Program-made: the position numbers and the translations under genes
In this document: in pieces, positions 25,308 through 36,510 of the stretch
How positions within the stretch are numbered: position 1 is the stretch's first letter
Layout: each line of letters starts with the position of its first letter
Notes under the pieces: model-generated
Databases searched by the model: none
What the model was told of the DNA's origin: nothing
What the model saw: only the letters and a program-made list of their open reading frames with translations
Source: Hydrolagus affinis
Lineage: Eukaryota
Length of the DNA stretch: 64,000 nucleotides
Direction: 5' to 3'
Assembly (NCBI GenBank): GCA_012026655.1
Contig: JAAILG010000015.1
Location: 62,001 to 126,000, forward strand

Positions 25308-25515
25308 GGTAGTAGTAATAATAATAATAATATTGCATTTCTTTAGCACTTTTCACATCTTCTAGACATCTCAAAGCACTTCACAGAATATAGTGTAAAG
25401 TGAATTACTGTACATTTGTGGGTGAAACACGGCAGCCAATTGCGCACAGCAGCGTCCTACCAACAGTTGTGGATTGAAATGACCAATTGTTTTTCTGAGG
25501 GATTATTATCAAGCG
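25308..25515 (-). mobile_element. tRNA-SINE 3' two-thirds
   Basis: Reverse complement of SINE body and tail, with (AAT)n at the left end. Confidence 0.9.
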
Positions 25516-26499
25516 TGTGGAAATTTCTCAATGTTTCACCCTGGTACATTACAATGTGCATTGAACGACTGAGCCATTGTAGGGTGTTCCAACTTTTTAG
25601 CTGCTTAGGGATGGATGCCCTATTTGAGAAACATCCACGGAACGCACAGAGAGTATTTATGTGTTTCACTTCCAGAAACACAACATAATACTTATGGGTT
25701 GTGCAGGGTGCAGGTAGGCCAGATGAAATGGAGGGTGGGTGGGGGGGACTTAGCCTGTTGGACCACCATAGTATAGACCAACTGGATCCACTTGTGTAGT
25801 TAAATACATGACTGAGCAGATTTACTCTTAAGTGGTTCTCAATTGTTAATTTCTCCAAATAAAATTACTGGTTTAACTACATTTGCCCTACACGGAATGG
25901 AGCGAATTCAGATCAAGCGATCTGCAATAGTTTGTAGAATCCTATCACGTTAATTCAGTGTCTGACCCATTAACTGCATTAGGGGTTGAATAAACTTGGG
26001 AAACATTAGAATGTCTTCATTTTTTTTTAATGTGGTCGGCATGAACTTGCAATCCCAGTGTCTGGGGGTTTGGAGGTAAAACGCATGGGTGAGCACAAGC
26101 TTAGCCAACTTCTTTTCACAGTCTCTTCACTATGAAATGTTAATCCCCTGAAAACAAGAAGAAATTGTGCTGCAATCCAAAGACAAATCCACTAGCTACT
26201 TCTTAAGTGAATATTACCAGGTGTATTCCTTTAGCTGTAAATCCCACTCAAATGCAAATCCAATTGCTTCTTCTTATAGAATTTCTTTAGGACAAAGCAA
26301 GATTAATTTACTTCACACAAAGGATAATCGTGTCGCCTGGCTCAGTTGGCTCAGGCCTCTTACTGCTATGCTCACTGCAAATACACTCAATATACTTTAC
26401 AGTAAAATCCTATAAGCACTTTGAGAAACCTCAAACATTGTGATAAGGCGCTAGAATAAAATGCAAGGAGTCTTATCAGTGTTGTATTGTTAATCAGCA

Positions 26500-26625
26500 G
26501 CTGGAATTGGTTTCGAGGCGGTGTGGGAGAAGCTAGACCGCTGGACTAATTGATTGGTATTTTGAAAAATTAGATCAAATGGGACAAATGGCTCTTTTTC
26601 ATCCATGTACCTTTGACCCTATGAA
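26500..26625 (+). mobile_element. Degenerate CR1 3' end
   Basis: AATGGGACAAATGGCTCTTTTTCATCCATGTACCTT. Confidence 0.5.
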
Positions 26626-27334
26626 AAAAGTCTATGAATGTGAGAGAAAAAAATAATGCTACAACTTATTTAAAAGACATGAAAAGCTGGAACCTTATTT
26701 GGGAGCACTGGATTCTGTTCTTCCCAATAGATCAATAAATAGAAGTTGGTTTAAAAATCTAAATCTCCTCTAGTCTGTTGGATGTAACACAGATCCCACA
26801 CATGGATCCCTGCCCAGCGGACTCTGAACTTACTATAAGGTTACAGACTAATGCTGAATTCAGGTCCTGTTGTTAAAGATCAGTTTTACAGCTGTCATTA
26901 CAGCGAAACCACCTTCCTGTCGCAGATTTATTAACAGCAAATGCAAATGGAATTCTAAAATGCTTGTGCTCCCATTCAACCCATCCAACAAAATTGTACA
27001 TCATATAAATGCAAATTCCGTTTAATGATGTGGATGGCTCATTAGGGAGTGTCATTTGTAGCATCACGGTGCTCCAGCTGAATAATGGGGATTGTCCCAT
27101 TTGTCCTGAAGCATGAGTTGAATTACACAAGGGCCAGGACTGACATGAATCATTGTGAAATAAGAAAAGGAAACTGGTGCATTGGGAGAGTATAAATCAA
27201 TCCAGATCAGACCCGAAGATAGGACAAAGAAAGCTCCTCGCCCATTTGATCTGGTCCTCCCTGAATGCCATTCTGATACCTTTTCCATCACAGCGTCAAG
27301 CTAACAAGTCCAATGTCCTGGGCTCCACCGATGT

Positions 27335-27450
27335 ACCATTGTGGAATTGACTGACGGATGCTGTTGGATGAAGCAAAAAAGCTTCAATGCATTCAAGAGG
27401 AACTTAACTGTGTAGATGAGGAACAAAAAGTGGGATAAAGGAGAAGGGAG
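27335..27450 (+). mobile_element. CR1 ORF2 C-terminal fragment
   Basis: TGTGGAAT...GAAGCAAAAAAGCTTCAATGCATTCAAGAGGAACTT resembles WN.L...V.EA.S.NAFKR.L. Confidence 0.5.
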
Positions 27451-27656
27451 TAATAGGAGTTTACAAATGCTCCAGTGACATAGTGACAAAAGTAGCCATT
27501 GTTTGGAATTATTACGAGCTCTGTGTAGCGTGGCTGTGTCAGAAAACATGGAACCTTGTTCAGCTATCTGATGCCAATACCCTTGTTAACACCCGATTCT
27601 GCTTTATAAATGTCACACAGCTCATATAAGCCTGCAGAATGTTCATAAATACCAAT

Positions 27657-27968
27657 GGCCTGTAGCTCAGTGGTTAGAGCACTCGCCTCACAAGCAAGAT
27701 ACCTGGGTTCAATTCCAGGCAGGTCAGGGTGAAACCCTGGGCGAGTTTCCTTACTCCACACTCCTAATAATGATCCCTTAAAAAAATAAAAAATTAGTCA
27801 TTTCAATCCACGACTCTTTGTGGGACACTGCCATGCACAATTGGCTGCCACATTTCACCCACGTATATACAGTCAATTCACTTTACAGTATATTCTGTGA
27901 AGCGTTTTGAGATATCTAGTAGTCGTGAAAAGCGCTATATCAAATGCAAGGATTATTATTTATTATTA
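27657..27968 (+). mobile_element. Full-length tRNA-derived SINE (short variant)
   Basis: A-box TAGCTCAGTGG 27663-27673, B-box GGTTCAATTCC 27706-27716, complete body, tail GCGCTATATCAAATGCAAGG(ATT)n. Confidence 0.95.
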
Positions 27969-28649
27969 ATGGTGTTTTGTGTGCTTTTTTACTTTGCACA
28001 CTTGACTTCAACATTTTATTTTTCTCTGCACTGGACTGCATTAATACAGCTAAACATACTAGATTGTGTGCAAATGTAATTTTTCAAGTTAACAGCTCAG
28101 GAAATCAAATGCCATTTACATGTGAATGCAGCATCGAGCAAGCGGCAAAGAGAGACTTTTAACAAGTGTGTAAAATTCTGGGTAACGAGATTATCGCTTT
28201 CTTAACGCATTCATATGAGGTGCTTGTACTCTGCCTCTGAGAATACATTTCATCCCTGATTTGATTTGGCTTTAGTCCATTTCACAGCAGTTACCAGAGG
28301 AAATTTAGCAGAGGAGTGCCACTTCTAGAATGGCTGTATTCAAATGGAAATAGCTTTGGTTTCCTGATCTATTATCTTACTTGGTAACTACCACCAGTGA
28401 TTGCTATCACTGCTGTGCTGTTCTTCACTAGTACTGTCAGAGGTCCCAACCATCCATGAATTACCAGAATTGTTCCCGATTTCCTTCAATTGTTCCGCAC
28501 TCGTGATTAAAATCCACCATGATATGGAAACAGAGTTTCGCTCCCAGTGTAAGGTGAGTGCAATTGGGAATGCTCCACCCATACACACAGACAATCAGTA
28601 AATACAGGCTTGAGTGCAATATTTGGTTAAGTGGTGGTCAAGTGACCCA

Positions 28650-29050
28650 GTCGTAGTTTTTGGTATCTAGAAGGTGCCCAGGAGATGGATGGATTGACTT
28701 CTTTCCTGGTTTCCCCTCACTCTGTCTATACTGGATTAGGACAGCCACAACAGTAACTCGAGATGACATCTCAGAGCAAATTATAGCGATGTAGTTTAAC
28801 ACTGAAGTGGGGATGGTGGGCAATTGAGGAGAGATGGAGAAGGGAGGTCACCATAAGGTGGTCAAAGGTAGGATTTTAGGTAGCTTCAAAGTAAATAACC
28901 ACAACAACAACATTTCTAGAGTGCCCTTCCAGTCGAGTGGGGGTGAGATGGAAGCTTATAGGGAGGGAGTTCCACCAGGTAAGGGCATGGTGGCCAAAGT
29001 TGCTGGTGGGGCAAATAGATAAGGGGTTTACATTAGGTCCCAGTTTGCAG
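28650..29050 (-). mobile_element. Degenerate L2 ORF2/3' fragment
   Basis: Purine-rich plus strand with GGGAGGGAGTTCCACCAGG (minus WWNSLP) typical of the L2 C-terminus. Confidence 0.45.
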
Positions 29051-30068
29051 AAGAATGAGTTTGGAGCAGATCATAGATAAGCCTGCATCCTGCCTCACAG
29101 CTTAAAAGAACAAACTTGATGACTCACCATTCCGCCCATTGCATTTTGTTCCGATTCACACCTCCTGATGATTCGGATTAAATTCAAATCAAGAGCGTAC
29201 TAATGATCCACTTTCATCTGCACGGTCCTGATGGAATTTAACTTGTACTCCACAAATACCTTTTGTTCTCAGAAACAAATTGTTTCCTACAGTTTACTGT
29301 ACACCCACTTTAATTGCTTTTCCATCATTTTTCTAATGGAAAATAAAGTGTTACAAGTGTACACTCACCTAGTACACTGGCAGTGCACCAGCTGGCAGTG
29401 AGCTTCAGTTACTAGAGCTGTGTTTAAAGTGCAGAGATTTTAACACTGGGTGTGTCAGATCGGAAATTGCAGTAATCCCTGGCCACTGAACAAGGTGGCT
29501 GCTGTGCATGTAAAGCAGGGCCGTGTGGCTTTTTTGTGCTTCCCCCACTCATGGTCTCCATGGTGACCATTGCAAAAGGGGTTTGTTTGACTGTGCTTTC
29601 AAAGATGCGTGAAGTTGAGGGAAGTCAAAATGTGACAGCTTCCAGTTTTTATAATTCTGCCAAATGGGAAAATAAATCACACCGGGGCTCCCTGCACAGC
29701 GGCCGCTTTACCTCCTTGTGTGCACATCCAGCCACTTATTTTAAAATAAGCTGACTTTTGGAAGGCATTAAGACTAAATTCTGATTGATTTAATGCTATG
29801 TCTTGTTTCTGCAGTGCAAGAAAATGTAGGCTTGCTTCACACTTCAAAAATAATCCTTCACTGACCAGTTGTGATGGAGAAACTCATTCGAATGTTGGTT
29901 TTGCCCATTAATTCATTGAGGATTGTTACTAATATCTGTGTTCTTGGGGGCTCTATTTAAATCATTTCCCCCTGAAGTCAAACACTATTCGAATAAATTA
30001 CTGTAAACCATGAATAATTCAATGGCACTTTTCTTCCTACACTAATCCTTACATTTGATGCAGGATCA

Positions 30069-30340
30069 TAATAATAATGCTAGCATTTGATATAGTGCCT
30101 TATTGCGACTTTGAAATGTCTAAAAGCATTTCACAGAATATACTGTAAAGTGAATTGACTGCATATTGTGTAGGCATGGTGGAAGAGGAAGGTCTTCAGG
30201 CACGATCTGAAGATTGGCAAGCAAGGGGCAAGATGGAGGGTTAGAGGAAAGTGTTTCAAAGTTTCGGGTTGTGGTGGCTGAAAGCACAGCCGTCAATGAT
30301 GGAACGGAGAAAACAAAGGACATATAGGAGGCCAGAGCCA
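30069..30340 (-). mobile_element. SINE tail followed by L2 C-terminal fragment
   Basis: CACAGAATATACTGTAAAGTGAATTGACTG, then GTGGTGGCTGAAAGCACAGCCGTCAATG (minus GCAFSHH, the L2 G.RAFS motif). Confidence 0.65.
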
Positions 30341-31498
30341 CATGAGTGAAACAAAATCCTCAAAGTGTCAAAGCATATGAAATCATTAGTGAATCAATTT
30401 AAAACAAGTACGTCCCATGGAATTCTTTTGCAGGCAATCGACGAGGAAGTCGATTTTGACTGTATAAAGGAGAAGAGAGTAAGTAGCAGTAACTTATGAC
30501 GGGAACCCAAGGCTATTTGCTTACATCAGGATTTTGTCAGCAATGTCTTTGTGTCCAGTTTACATCCATATTAGTACTGTACGTCTGTGTTCACTTGTTA
30601 AAGCATAATCAGCTTTGCACAATTTTTTTTTACCCATTCAAAGGTCGAATGGCGTAACACGACACATGAAAGCTGACACTTGTACGTGTCATCCGCATCG
30701 AGTTGAAAACTGTACATAATTTGTGTAGGACATGACTTGTACAGGAGATGGTCTATTTTATATGCACACTGCATTGATTTGACACAGCTCACACATCAAT
30801 CCAAGTTAACTCCTTTACAGGCATGGCTTGTCTTTATGATGGGTTTAAGCTGTGTTTGCAACACTATGCACAGTGCCACCATAGTGAGGCAGTGCTCCAA
30901 TTCCCACTTCTGACTAGAAAATGGCAATGCCTTTGTGACTTCAATTCCTTAGGTGCCTGGAGCCAGCTTGGTGCATCCCATACATATCAGGAGATTGAGA
31001 ACTGGAAGAGGAATTTGGCAACAACAGCAAATGAAATGGGAATGTTAAATTTTGTGATCAAGTTGTGAACAAAAACAAAAGTTTGGGGTAATTTCCAGCA
31101 GGATCATAGAGTCAGAGAATACATATGGAAACAAGCACATTAGATCTGTGCTGGTATTTTTTTTCCACATGAACCAATCTGAATCAATTCTCCGACTCGC
31201 TCCTAATATCCTTCAAGTTTATTTTTCCTCCACAATTTAATATGAGTTGGCATTGCCAATGCCCCTTTTGGTAAATAATAATAATAATAATAATAATAAT
31301 AACCTTTGGGTAAATAACAAACTGTGAAAAACAGAGATAAGGAAAGAAATCCCCCGTGAATAAAACACTGGCAAACTGTTCAACACGATGATACTGTCAG
31401 AAAGTCTGGTTTAAACAGATGTCCCGTTCAGAACAGTAAGGCAACAAGGTCAGAGCTTGTGTTTTGAGAAGAGTCAAGGTAAAACAGAGCCAACAAGA

Positions 31499-31582
31499 GC
31501 TTCAAGCGCCTCTGAGATGCCATCCGGCATGGAGGGCACTATATAAATCGAAGTTGTTGAAGTTGTTGAAGTTGTTGTTCTG
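31499..31582 (+). mobile_element. L2-type 3' tail flanked by 36-bp direct repeats
   Basis: AGCGCCTCTGAGATGCC...GGAGGGCACTATATAAATCG(AAGTTGTTG)n. Confidence 0.65.
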
Positions 31583-34500
31583 TTTGAAAAGAGTTATGGT
31601 AAAACAGAGGCAATGAGAAAAAACACACACCTTCCAAAAAAGGTGGGGCTCAACTCTCTCTCAACACCATTATTTCAGATTGTAAAGCAAAATATTGAAA
31701 CTGAAACACACACACCACATACATACTGACTATGTTGTTGGCCCTGCATGTAGAGTCTTTGGCAATGTCAGGGATTTCTTCTGTTAGAATTGTGCATTGC
31801 CTAGCTGCACGTGATGCGACGCTGACTAGAAAGAGTGAACCAGCATCCAAAAGGAGCTGGCGTCTAGTCACTTGCCCCTGGTTTACTGATGAGAAACACA
31901 TAGGGAGATAATTTGTGCTATTTCTCAAACACTTTCCCTTAAACATGATCTGAGTTCCATGCAACGCTATTTATTTTCCAGAACATCAATCCCACGTGCT
32001 GACAGAAAATCAGATGGGATTCCTTAGTAAGAAATCTATTTAGAAATATCAGAATTTAGACCCCATAGCAATCAGAATGGATGAGCAAGAATTCAAGACC
32101 TACGCCTGAACTGAATACAATTTTGCTCAGGTTTAGGCCTGTTAAATCTTTTCGTGTTTTTCTCTCTAATTAAAGGAAACCTTGGAAGTAAGCCAAGTCT
32201 TCGCACTGACATTGAGCGAAATGAGGATCAGTAACAGTAACAGATTAGGCCTGGACTTGATCTTCTCAAGGTTTTCGGTATTGACATCTTCCCCAAATTT
32301 ATACTTAATGCTTTATGTGCAAGAACTCAGAGCTTTACTCAACAATAAAATCTGACATTAAACAGTTTTGTGTAATAGGTTTAACATCAGACAGTGAAAA
32401 TATCCAGAGATGTTGTCCTCTAATGATATACTGAGAAAGTTGCCTTGTTTTGCACGAAAGAGCCAAAAGAATGTTAAATGGAGCAGAAAATATTCTTAAG
32501 AATATTCCAACCTGGGTTTGTAGTCTTTGACATTCACATTAGCAGTACCTTTTAGAAAAGGTTTTTAAATAGAACTGTGAGGTTTTTGTTTAGTGAGCCG
32601 CAGATTAGCCAAAGTTGCCAAAGGTGAAACGAAAGGATGCTTAACCCAGTCGACCACCTTCTCTTGCTCCACCTGCAACAACCAGCTCGAATTGGAAACA
32701 ATAGAGATATATTTAAAACAATTGAGATATATATTTAGATGTATCTGATTCCATGTCCCAGTCAACCTCAATTCACACTGCTTTCCCCTCCTCAAGAGCC
32801 GTAATACCATTATTTCCATTATAATTTCCACAATTTCCATCCTGCATTGGAATTATGATCCCAAAGGGATAACTGAACTGTGTTCAATTTCAAAAACAGC
32901 AAAGTCCGCGGTCTCCATTCACAAATTCAGGACTGCAGTGGCTGGAGGCGTGCCAGTGCTGCTTTCATGCTGCCTGAGAACAAGGAGAAGCTACTTTGAA
33001 AGTTTGACTCAGCCCAGGATACCGCTCGCAATACCTTCATAATACTGCAATAATCTCAAATCTGCTGTTGTAGGAGTGTACGTTGGCAACAGTTGTGCAG
33101 GCTGGTATTGTGAGATCTTTATATACCAGCACAAAACCATTAACACAGGTAATTTTCAAATTTCAATGGAATATTTAAAATGGGAATTTTAATGAGGTTT
33201 GTTTCATATTACCGTGACATAATGAAGGAATTAATTCATATTTAACACTGAACCAACAGAATGTATGGACACAGTCCTTCTTTCAGAGTAGACTGTTGGG
33301 GTTCAGTGATATACTCACACATTCAATTGCAGGTTAGCAGGAAATGGCAAGAAGTGAGTGTTTTCTTCAGTAGAAAGCAGGATTAGAGATAGCAAAGATG
33401 AAAGGAAAAGGGTTCAAATCCCTGGGCACCCTCTATTGGTCTTCTCCAATACACACAAACTCTCTGTGGTGTTTGCTCAGTAGTAAATGTTATCAACTGG
33501 CCATCAATATGAGGTGGAAAGGATGTCAACAATCGGTCGTTTTTGTATACAAGAACATTTCCTCAGTGGATGAATGCTGAAAATCTACTTGAGAATTGTT
33601 CTCTGTTAGAAATAAATCTGATTTATTTGGAAGCAGCTGGATTTCCCATTAGGTTCTCAATTCAGTTCAAACGTTATCATTGTTATAATGGATTATCCAT
33701 GACTCTTTCGTCAGTGCCCTGTATATTATTCAAGAACAAGGTTAAAGCAGGCTTGAGTTACATATTGTAATATCTGATCAATAGGTAAGTTGTTCTATCC
33801 TCCGGCCCTTCTATCCAGTGACTCCTTTGTGAATTGGACAAACGCATTGTCTGCTCTTGGCATAATTGAGCAACAGTCCATATGGGAACCAAACGCATAG
33901 CCATCTGGTTGAGAGTTCAGTAACTGCTGAACTACAAGTTTGTTATGGGTGAATTAGTTATAATTTGTGGTACAGTTTAACTGCTTGATGAGTGCATCAG
34001 AAGCAAGCAAAATGTTCCTATTAAACGTAAAATTTAAGTGTACAGTACTGCTCTCAATTATTAGCTATATATCATGTAAATGCCCAGGTACTAAAGTTGT
34101 TAACCTGGCCTGAAGAATAAGCTTTCAATGTTAAATAAGCGAGGAAAATGCAATTTGATGACCTTGAGTGGACTAGGCAATACTGACATGGAAATAACAG
34201 ATTCCACGTCTGTTTGAATCATCTCACCATCTCACATCAAGTATTTTCTGAAATAGTTAATCCATGCTTATATTTAAGGCTAACAACCTTTTGAATGTAG
34301 GTGCTGTTTGCCACAACTTTGGGATTATTACTTGGTACAGTATTAGCTCCTGGGTGCCAAACCTTGTAGCTACTTACTGCGGAGTATTGTAAATCATTTG
34401 AATTACTGTAATTTCGGTTTACCTTTTGAAGCTATTAAACAGCCAGCTACTCAGATTGCAACACAACTCAACTGATGCAAGGTCAGGCGATCCCAAATAT

Positions 34501-34744
34501 CTGAAGGTTTGATGAGACACTGCAACACCCTGTTGACTAGATGTTCAGGTGTGCAGATCAATTGGATCTAATTCCTTAACACATGACCGGAGATTATTCA
34601 TTCGGAAGACTAGTGCAAAACTTTTACTTTATGCATGTTTTATACCCTGATACGATTAAAATAGGCGTCCTTATACAGTGGATAGTTTTCTTTTAGGAAC
34701 AAACATTATGCGCTCTAGTACATAAATAGTTTGGGACATTCTCC

Positions 34745-34977
34745 ATGAGGCAGCCAGGAAGGTAGAAGGCGAACTAAATGTACATTGGTCATATTTCGTC
34801 TAGCATTTATATAATATTAATAATAAATGATTAAATTATTATTATGTCTAGCATTTCCTATGTTCTTATGAGGCCGCCAGGAAGGTAGAAGGCAAACTAG
34901 ATGGACCTTGGTCTTTTTTCGTCTAGCATGTAAATTATTAAATTATTATTATATCTAGCATTTCCTATGTTTTTATG
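34745..34977 (+). repeat. Tandem duplication (2 units, ~110-123 bp) of a CR1-like 3' terminus
   Basis: ATGAGGC.GCCAGGAAGGTAGAAGGC.AACTA.ATG.AC.TTGGTC...TCTAGCATTTCCTATGTT.TTATG at 34745 and 34868. Confidence 0.85.
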
Positions 34978-35647
34978 GACTGTACAGAAAATGTATCACT
35001 TTGCCACTATTCTGATTTACAATGGTGAGCTTAATTTATTTTGCATTTAGAGTTTGACAATGAATGGTCCAATGTGAAGTTAAATGACACATGTGCTTTT
35101 ATCTTGCTTCTTTGTGCTTCTTTTCTATAATTTACCCTTTTGCTCTGATGGGCACAGCAACGAGAAGCTTTGCATGCCTCTGTTATTAATCAGAGAGCCA
35201 TAAACAATTTTCAAAGAAAATAAAGATCGTAGTGGCAACATCGGGGCAATATGTAACCACTTGGGAATGTGATGGCCAGAGTGAAAATTGCAATTGACTT
35301 TATAATAAAGTAGGTCTCTAAGGAGATGTGGGATGGAAATGAGAAGGCAGGCAGTGCCTGTGATGCAGTCAGTCTTGCTGTCAATAGCTTTATGGCCTTT
35401 TACTGGGCACAAAAGGCCAATCTGAAAGAATATGAATCAGACATAGAGGCCAGAATGAATTAAATAACAGGCACTCGACCTCCATGTTGGACTGTAATAG
35501 TTTTTTCCACCTCAGTAACTTTCAGTGTAAACAAAAGAAGGAATTATTTTCAGTGGGTGGATAACTATATCTGGTTTTAATTATTTGAGGAATAATTATT
35601 TGGCGAAAAAAACTCACTGAGCAAACCGTTGACTTAAAAATAAATGC

Positions 35648-35776
35648 TGGTCGCAATTGGCTGCCTCGTTTTGCCCACAAATATACAGTCAATTCACTTA
35701 CAGTATATTCTGTGAAACGCTTTGAGACGTCTAGAAGATGTGAAAAGCACTATATCAAATGCAAGGATTATTATTA
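35648..35776 (+). mobile_element. tRNA-SINE 3' half
   Basis: GCAATTGGCTGCCTCGTTTTGCCCACAAATATACAGTC...CAAATGCAAGG(ATT)n. Confidence 0.9.
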
Positions 35777-36104
35777 TATGGAAGTTGACCCCACACCTGT
35801 GGATGATGTCACCAAGGGGGAGCATATAGATATTGAAAAGTAGGGGGCCAAGGACAGAGCCCTGGGGGATGCCACAGGTGACAGTGCGGGGGATGGAATT
35901 GGTGGCGACAAAGTGGAGATGGTAAGAAAGGTAAGAGTCGAACCAGGCGAGGGTAGGTCCATGAAGTTTGAACCAGGAAGAGAGGCAGTGCAGGAGGATG
36001 GAATGGTCGACAGTGTCGAAGGCAATAGAGAGGACAAGGAGGACAAGGGATTAGAGAGAACCCTGAGCACATGTGGTTAAAATGTCATTAGAGACTTTGA
36101 CCAG
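35775..36104 (-). mobile_element. L2 reverse-transcriptase fragment (inverted relative to adjacent 3' piece)
   Basis: Minus strand encodes LVKVSNDIL...AFDTVDHSILL...WFDSYLS...GIPQGSVLGPLLFNIYMLPLGDIIHRCGVNFH (non-LTR RT core). Confidence 0.92.
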
Positions 36105-36510
36105 GCTCCCCATCCCCCAGAGGATTCAATTCAAGATATGGTTCTCACACTCGAAGCCCTCCATGGTCTCACCCCACCCTACCTCTGCAACCTCCTAACC
36201 CCCTACCAACCTGTCTGCCCCCTCCGCCTCTGGCCTCCTCCATGTCCCCTGATCTATCCGTCCCATTGGTGGGCGAGCCTTCAGCCACTCTGCCTCTAAC
36301 CTCTGGAATTCTATCCCGCAGTCCATCCGCCTCACCAGCTCCCTAGCCTCCTTCAAGTCCCGTCTCAACACCCTCCTCTTCTACAGCCCCATCTGTCAAC
36401 CCACCCTCCCTGACAGTGATCCCAGCTCGGGTCTGAAACATTGACTGTCCGCCACCTTGGGATGTCCTCCTGACGTGAAGGCGCTATACAAGTGTAACTT
36501 TGTTTTTTGT
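36105..36510 (+). mobile_element. L2 ORF2 C-terminus, 3'UTR and tail
   Basis: LPIPQRIQFK...ALHGLTPPYLCNLL...GGRAFSHSASNLWNSIP...SFKSRL; tail GACGTGAAGGCGCTATACAAGTGTAAC. Confidence 0.92.

Noticed and set aside
27657-27730. tRNA gene-like sequences (also 19535, 20743, 23204, 41569, 60825-60898)
   Set aside because: A/B boxes run straight into the SINE body with no intact acceptor stem or oligo-T terminator; these are SINE heads.
28441-28553. Plus-strand exon-like segment ending AAG|GTGAGT
   Set aside because: Good donor but mediocre acceptor, unrecognised peptide and no linked exons.
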